Shown here one piece after another: positions 59,955-64,000 of a stretch of 64,000 nucleotides of DNA. The DNA comes from Carpediemonas membranifera BICM. Lineage: Eukaryota > Protista > Fornicata. Within the stretch, counting starts at the first letter, position 1. Each line of letters opens with the position of its first letter. Both the position numbers and the translations under genes were made by a program. The notes under the pieces were generated by a model. The model searched no databases, had not been told where the DNA came from, and worked only from the letters and a program-made list of their open reading frames with translations. The stretch lies in the NCBI GenBank assembly GCA_019828565.1, contig JAHDYR010000004.1:310001-374000 (forward strand), written 5' to 3'.

Positions 59955-62900
59955 TGATGCCTTTATCGAAGAAGTTGCCGCTTCAACTGCATTCTCAGTT
60001 AAGGGAGCTGTGAATGACCAAGAACAGGTGATATTGATCGATAGCGGCTCCGCAATCACGATCATCTCCACAACCTCCGTTAAGACGCTCCAACTCGTCA
60101 CACATGAGCTTGAAAAGCCATTTACTGTTCAGTCCGTTACCAATGAGCCCATCCTCATCACTCACTACGTCCAAGCGCGGATCACGTTGCCCAGCACATC
60201 TGGAAACGTCATCGTCGATCTCATCCTCTACATCATGACACGCGCCACTGAACGTGTGCTCATTGGATGCGACGTGCTTCGCGCGCTCGGTTATCTCTCC
60301 GAGAGTGGCCTCCACATCCCACTTCTTCCGGATTCACGCCCGGAGGACGCCACCGATGGCCTCCCACTCCACAAGTACCTCGACGCCCCCGTCGAGGCCG
60401 TCTCCTCAAGCGAGTTTCACACCGACGCGTGTGAGATACACGAGCTCTCCACCAAGGCCCAGACCGACGAGCTACATTCGATCCTCCGTCGGTTCGATCA
60501 CCTATTCGACCCCGTCATAAGCAAACAGCCGTGCTCGTTTGCCCCTATGCGCATCCCGCTTTACGACAACGCCCCTCCGATCCGTCTTCGCCCGCGCAAC
60601 CTACACCCGAAGAAGCTGGAGTGGCTGTTGCCATACGTCGAGCGCCTGCGCCAGGACGAGATCACACAGCCCTCTGAGGGGCCTTACGCAAGCCCCATCG
60701 TCCTGGTCGCAAAGGGCGACGCCTACCGTCTCTGTATCGACTACGGCCGCCTCAACTCTTGGACAGTACCCGACCGGCACCCGATCCCCAACATGCGAGA
60801 ACTCCTCAACCTCGCGTCGGGCTGCACACGCTTTGCGACGCTAGACCTGACGTCGGGCTACTGGCAGGTGGCCATGCACCCAGACGACGTGCCTAAGACG
60901 GCCTTCACCGCCCCGGGCGTCTACGAGGAATTCCTCAGGATGCCGTTCGGCCTTTGCAACGCGCCTTCTCACTTCCAGCGGGAGATCGAAGGCATGCTCG
61001 CCCCACTGTTGTACAAGGGCGCCAACCCCTACATCGACGACATATTCATCTACGCCCGTGACGATGACTCCTTCCTACGCATTCTCCGCGACCTGCTCAC
61101 ACGCGCGGACGCTGCAGGCGTTCAGTTCAGCGCCAAGAAGGGAGTCTTCGGCACCACCAGCGCCAAGATTGTCGGCTTTACGGTCGACCAGGCCGGAGTA
61201 CACGTCGACCCAGCCAGGACCCAAGCCCTACGTGATCTACCTGCACCCACCAACGTCCACGAGCTTCGCGTAGTCCTCGGACAGTTCCAGTACCTCGCAT
61301 CATTCGTTCCCCATACACGACACGAGTACATGAGACCTCTCAACGATCTTCTGCAAAAGGACCGTCTGTGGGAATGGACAGCGGAGCACGACGCCGCTTT
61401 CGACGGCCTGAAGACCCTGTTCACTGACGATCTCTTTATCGCACATCCGGACGCCGACGCCGACTGGACGCTCGAGACAGACGCTAGCAACATCGGAGCA
61501 GGCGGCGTACTATGGCAGACAAAGGACGACAAGACACAGGTCCTCGCCTACTTCTCTCACACATTCACGTCAACCCAGTCGCGCTGGGCCACGTGTGAGC
61601 AGGAGCTATTTGCCATTGTCTTTTGCCTTACACACCCGACCCTGTCACCCCTCCTACGCCTGAAGAGGTTCCTCCTACGGACCGACCACCGTAATCTTAT
61701 TTACATGATCGCCAAGTCATCCGAGAACGACAAGATCAACCGGTGGAGACTGACATTAGCAGACTACAAGTTCGATGTCGAGCACGTTCCCGGCCTACAG
61801 AACGCAGTCGCAGACGCGCTGAGCCGCTGCGGTCACTCGACCTCGCCCACTGTCGCAGCCATCACGACTGACTCCCGCTACCATGACACACTCATCAAAC
61901 ACCAGACAGACGACTCTACCGTCTCCAAGCTGACCGTAGACAGCGACGGTCTTCGCCGCAAGGACGGCCTCGTCGTCATCCCTACTTCAACCGTGTGCAG
62001 ACCCCTCCGAAAGGAGCTGATACAGATCGCCCACAGAGGACACCACGGCGCCAAGGCTACCATCGAACGCCTGAGAGCAGACGGCTATACCTGGACAGGC
62101 TGCACAGCAGATGTCGAGGAGTTCATCGCCTCATGTGACGAGTGCCAGAAAGCTCGCCTACGCAACTTCGCCGAGGCAGAGCTCCGCACAACAGCAGTGT
62201 ACAAACCGTTCCACACTGTCGCAGTGGATACTATTGGTCCAATCCCGGCAGACGCAGTCGGCTCCAGATACATCACAGTTATGGTCGATATGTTTACTCG
62301 CTACACTGAGTTGGCCGCGACGGACGAGAACACAGCTGATGCAGCGTCAGAGGCCCTCTGGCGCCAGGTGATTACCCGTCATGGGACTCCCCTGTTCATC
62401 AAGTCCGACAACGGGCCTGAGTTCACCGGCAACGTCGTCAAGGCCCTGCTCGAAAGCGCGGACATCACCCAGCAATTCACCCTCCCCTACCACCCTCAGT
62501 CGAATGGGCTGGTAGAGCGTCGTAACGCGGAGGTCATGAAGCATCTTCGCTGTTTGATCCTCCAATTCGACAAGTTCTCCCGTTGGAGCGACCTCCTTCC
62601 GGTAGTTCAGCTGCTGCTGAACACAACCACCTGCAGCGCCACTGGGGTCACACCCCACGCCATGCTGTATGGAGACCAACTCGACCCCAGCTCCACAGTC
62701 GCTAGAATCCTCCGACCGAGCGACAATGACTCGCCCCTTGCCTCAGCCTCAGCCTACATCACTTTACTTCGAGCCCACCTCTCCAAGTTGACCTCTAGGG
62801 CGGCCGAGAAGCAGCGCGAGACTGTAGACAAGCGCCTCGCCAAGGCCAACGCCGACCGCCAGCCGACTAGCTTCAAGGAAGGCGACCTCGTCCTGCTCAA

Positions 62901-62990
62901 CCGGACGAAGACCCCAAAGCTGCATGGCTTCGCCGGCCCGTTCAAGATTCTCGCCATCAAGGACAACAACACCCTTCAGCTGGTCGACCT
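58824..62990 (+). mobile_element. Second Ty3/Gypsy LTR retrotransposon, 3'-truncated or interrupted; LTR limits not determinable
   Basis: gag-PR-RT-RH-IN order; retroelement-like sequence ends shortly after the GPF motif; no 3' LTR in the window. Confidence 0.88.
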
Positions 62991-63273
62991 TTTCGAGAGC
63001 GCCCAGTTAAAATGTCCGGTATGGAAAGTTGGAATCACCAACCGGAACAAAGCCAAGCGCCGAGGAATGATAGCCATTGGCGATTCTTTCGAGGTTTATA
63101 GAGCTCAAAACAGAGCGGCGGTGACCTATAGCGCGGAATGCCACATTTTGGTCAATTCAGCATCGGGAGTTCTCCTGCTCGGGGAATACCAGCAGGAACA
63201 GCATAACTCTTTACCACTTCTACCCATAGGGCGCACGAGGCCTCTCTCTAGCCTCCTCGATGAGATCGCCTGA
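59635..63273 (+). CDS. pol: Pol of Gypsy-2 (the last ~95 codons are probably read-through into unrelated DNA)
   Basis: LIDSGS, RLCIDYGRLN, LDLTSGYWQ, YIDD, ETDAS, EQELFA, TDH, HHCC, DTIGP/SDNG/VERRN, GPF. Confidence 0.93.
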   Translation: MEACTGRLIARTAAARPDSPRLPKATPPRPATPDRHLSRNASPKRPTNRLSHSRHQLLRSSSNSHPSSHSLAPDERRAGNMVLRDRSKLINSRPGVHEVEVAHNACDDAFIEEVAASTAFSVKGAVNDQEQVILIDSGSAITIISTTSVKTLQLVTHELEKPFTVQSVTNEPILITHYVQARITLPSTSGNVIVDLILYIMTRATERVLIGCDVLRALGYLSESGLHIPLLPDSRPEDATDGLPLHKYLDAPVEAVSSSEFHTDACEIHELSTKAQTDELHSILRRFDHLFDPVISKQPCSFAPMRIPLYDNAPPIRLRPRNLHPKKLEWLLPYVERLRQDEITQPSEGPYASPIVLVAKGDAYRLCIDYGRLNSWTVPDRHPIPNMRELLNLASGCTRFATLDLTSGYWQVAMHPDDVPKTAFTAPGVYEEFLRMPFGLCNAPSHFQREIEGMLAPLLYKGANPYIDDIFIYARDDDSFLRILRDLLTRADAAGVQFSAKKGVFGTTSAKIVGFTVDQAGVHVDPARTQALRDLPAPTNVHELRVVLGQFQYLASFVPHTRHEYMRPLNDLLQKDRLWEWTAEHDAAFDGLKTLFTDDLFIAHPDADADWTLETDASNIGAGGVLWQTKDDKTQVLAYFSHTFTSTQSRWATCEQELFAIVFCLTHPTLSPLLRLKRFLLRTDHRNLIYMIAKSSENDKINRWRLTLADYKFDVEHVPGLQNAVADALSRCGHSTSPTVAAITTDSRYHDTLIKHQTDDSTVSKLTVDSDGLRRKDGLVVIPTSTVCRPLRKELIQIAHRGHHGAKATIERLRADGYTWTGCTADVEEFIASCDECQKARLRNFAEAELRTTAVYKPFHTVAVDTIGPIPADAVGSRYITVMVDMFTRYTELAATDENTADAASEALWRQVITRHGTPLFIKSDNGPEFTGNVVKALLESADITQQFTLPYHPQSNGLVERRNAEVMKHLRCLILQFDKFSRWSDLLPVVQLLLNTTTCSATGVTPHAMLYGDQLDPSSTVARILRPSDNDSPLASASAYITLLRAHLSKLTSRAAEKQRETVDKRLAKANADRQPTSFKEGDLVLLNRTKTPKLHGFAGPFKILAIKDNNTLQLVDLFESAQLKCPVWKVGITNRNKAKRRGMIAIGDSFEVYRAQNRAAVTYSAECHILVNSASGVLLLGEYQQEQHNSLPLLPIGRTRPLSSLLDEIA

Positions 63274-63805
63274 GACCAAGTCAAACGGAAGCGAAACGGG
63301 CCGGTGGCAGAAAACTGGAAGATGCGAGCGCCGGAGGCACGAGCCGTCGCCCTGAAACCACCCTGCCTGCCTTGTATAACCCGCTAGCGGACGGGCGCTG
63401 TGCTTGGGTTGGTTCTCTGTGCTCCCTAAAGTGCACCCTCTGGGGCAACGAAACCCGTATGGGCATGGAGCCCCCGGTGAGCGGTCTGATGGGATATTAC
63501 CATCCAAAAGACCAAGGGAAGCTTACCGCCCGGACGTTCCTCAACCCACAGGGCAAAGAACGTCCAGAGGAGCCCCCAGCAACATGCCAAGGGCCCTCAC
63601 CACTGCAACCAAGCCGAAACCAAGGTATGAACTCATGAATTTAGTAGGAATGACGCGCAACTGGAGGGAAACCCAAATGGCGCCCTGTGGCCGCGCTCCC
63701 CGCTGGGAGAAGGGGAGAATGCCGGGGCCCAGCAACCCGAGTGGTAGGCAGATACCGCAAGGAACAGCAGCAACATGGTCTCAACCCCCATTCAACCCTG
63801 GGTGT

Positions 63806-64000
63806 TTACTGAGGAGTCCCGGCGCCCAGGAACTCCACTGAGGGGCTTCCGTCGGCAAGGAAATGGGAAACCGAAGGGACATACTGCCTAAGGGCCCGCT
63901 CAAGAGCGCCCCTGCTGCTGCGATACATAACCATCTGGGACTGAGAAGTGCGCTGGAATGCCAAAATGGCCTGTAGGTTCTCGACAGGCTGATCCTCGTC
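63806..64000 (-). CDS. Possible 3' end of a gene entering from the right edge
   Basis: 65-codon open frame DEDQPVENLQAILAFQ...GAGTPQ* running from the window edge; no motif. Confidence 0.3.
   Translation of the reverse strand, partial: DEDQPVENLQAILAFQRTSQSQMVMYRSSRGALERALRQYVPSVSHFLADGSPSVEFLGAGTPQ

Overview
Gene-dense, intron-poor microbial eukaryote. The 29-32 nt introns with a fused branch/3' splice motif suggest a metamonad such as a Carpediemonas-like fornicate (inference). Bases 1-33.8 kb hold housekeeping genes: UFD1, HAUS1-like, a degenerate kinesin, a GST-fold protein, malic enzyme, striatin, PHF5A, a class-3 lipase, three tandem RPL8 copies, HEAT, TEX264-like and coiled-coil/ARM proteins. 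This part also has a chromodomain Ty3/Gypsy element with 89-bp LTRs and an unusual WD40-kinase-HECT-RING2 gene. Bases 34-63 kb are a retroelement island around one tRNA-Arg(ACG) gene (53811-53884, minus strand). A CRE-like RLE non-LTR element, flanked by a 60-bp copy of the tRNA 3' end and flank, and three tyrosine-recombinase retrotransposon families (PAT-like; called A, B, C here) map within about 50 bp of the tRNA, all antisense to it. PAT-A plus CRE form a tandem 7.3-kb composite unit. A second, 3'-truncated Gypsy follows. Many frameshifts fall in homopolymers and may be long-read assembly errors.
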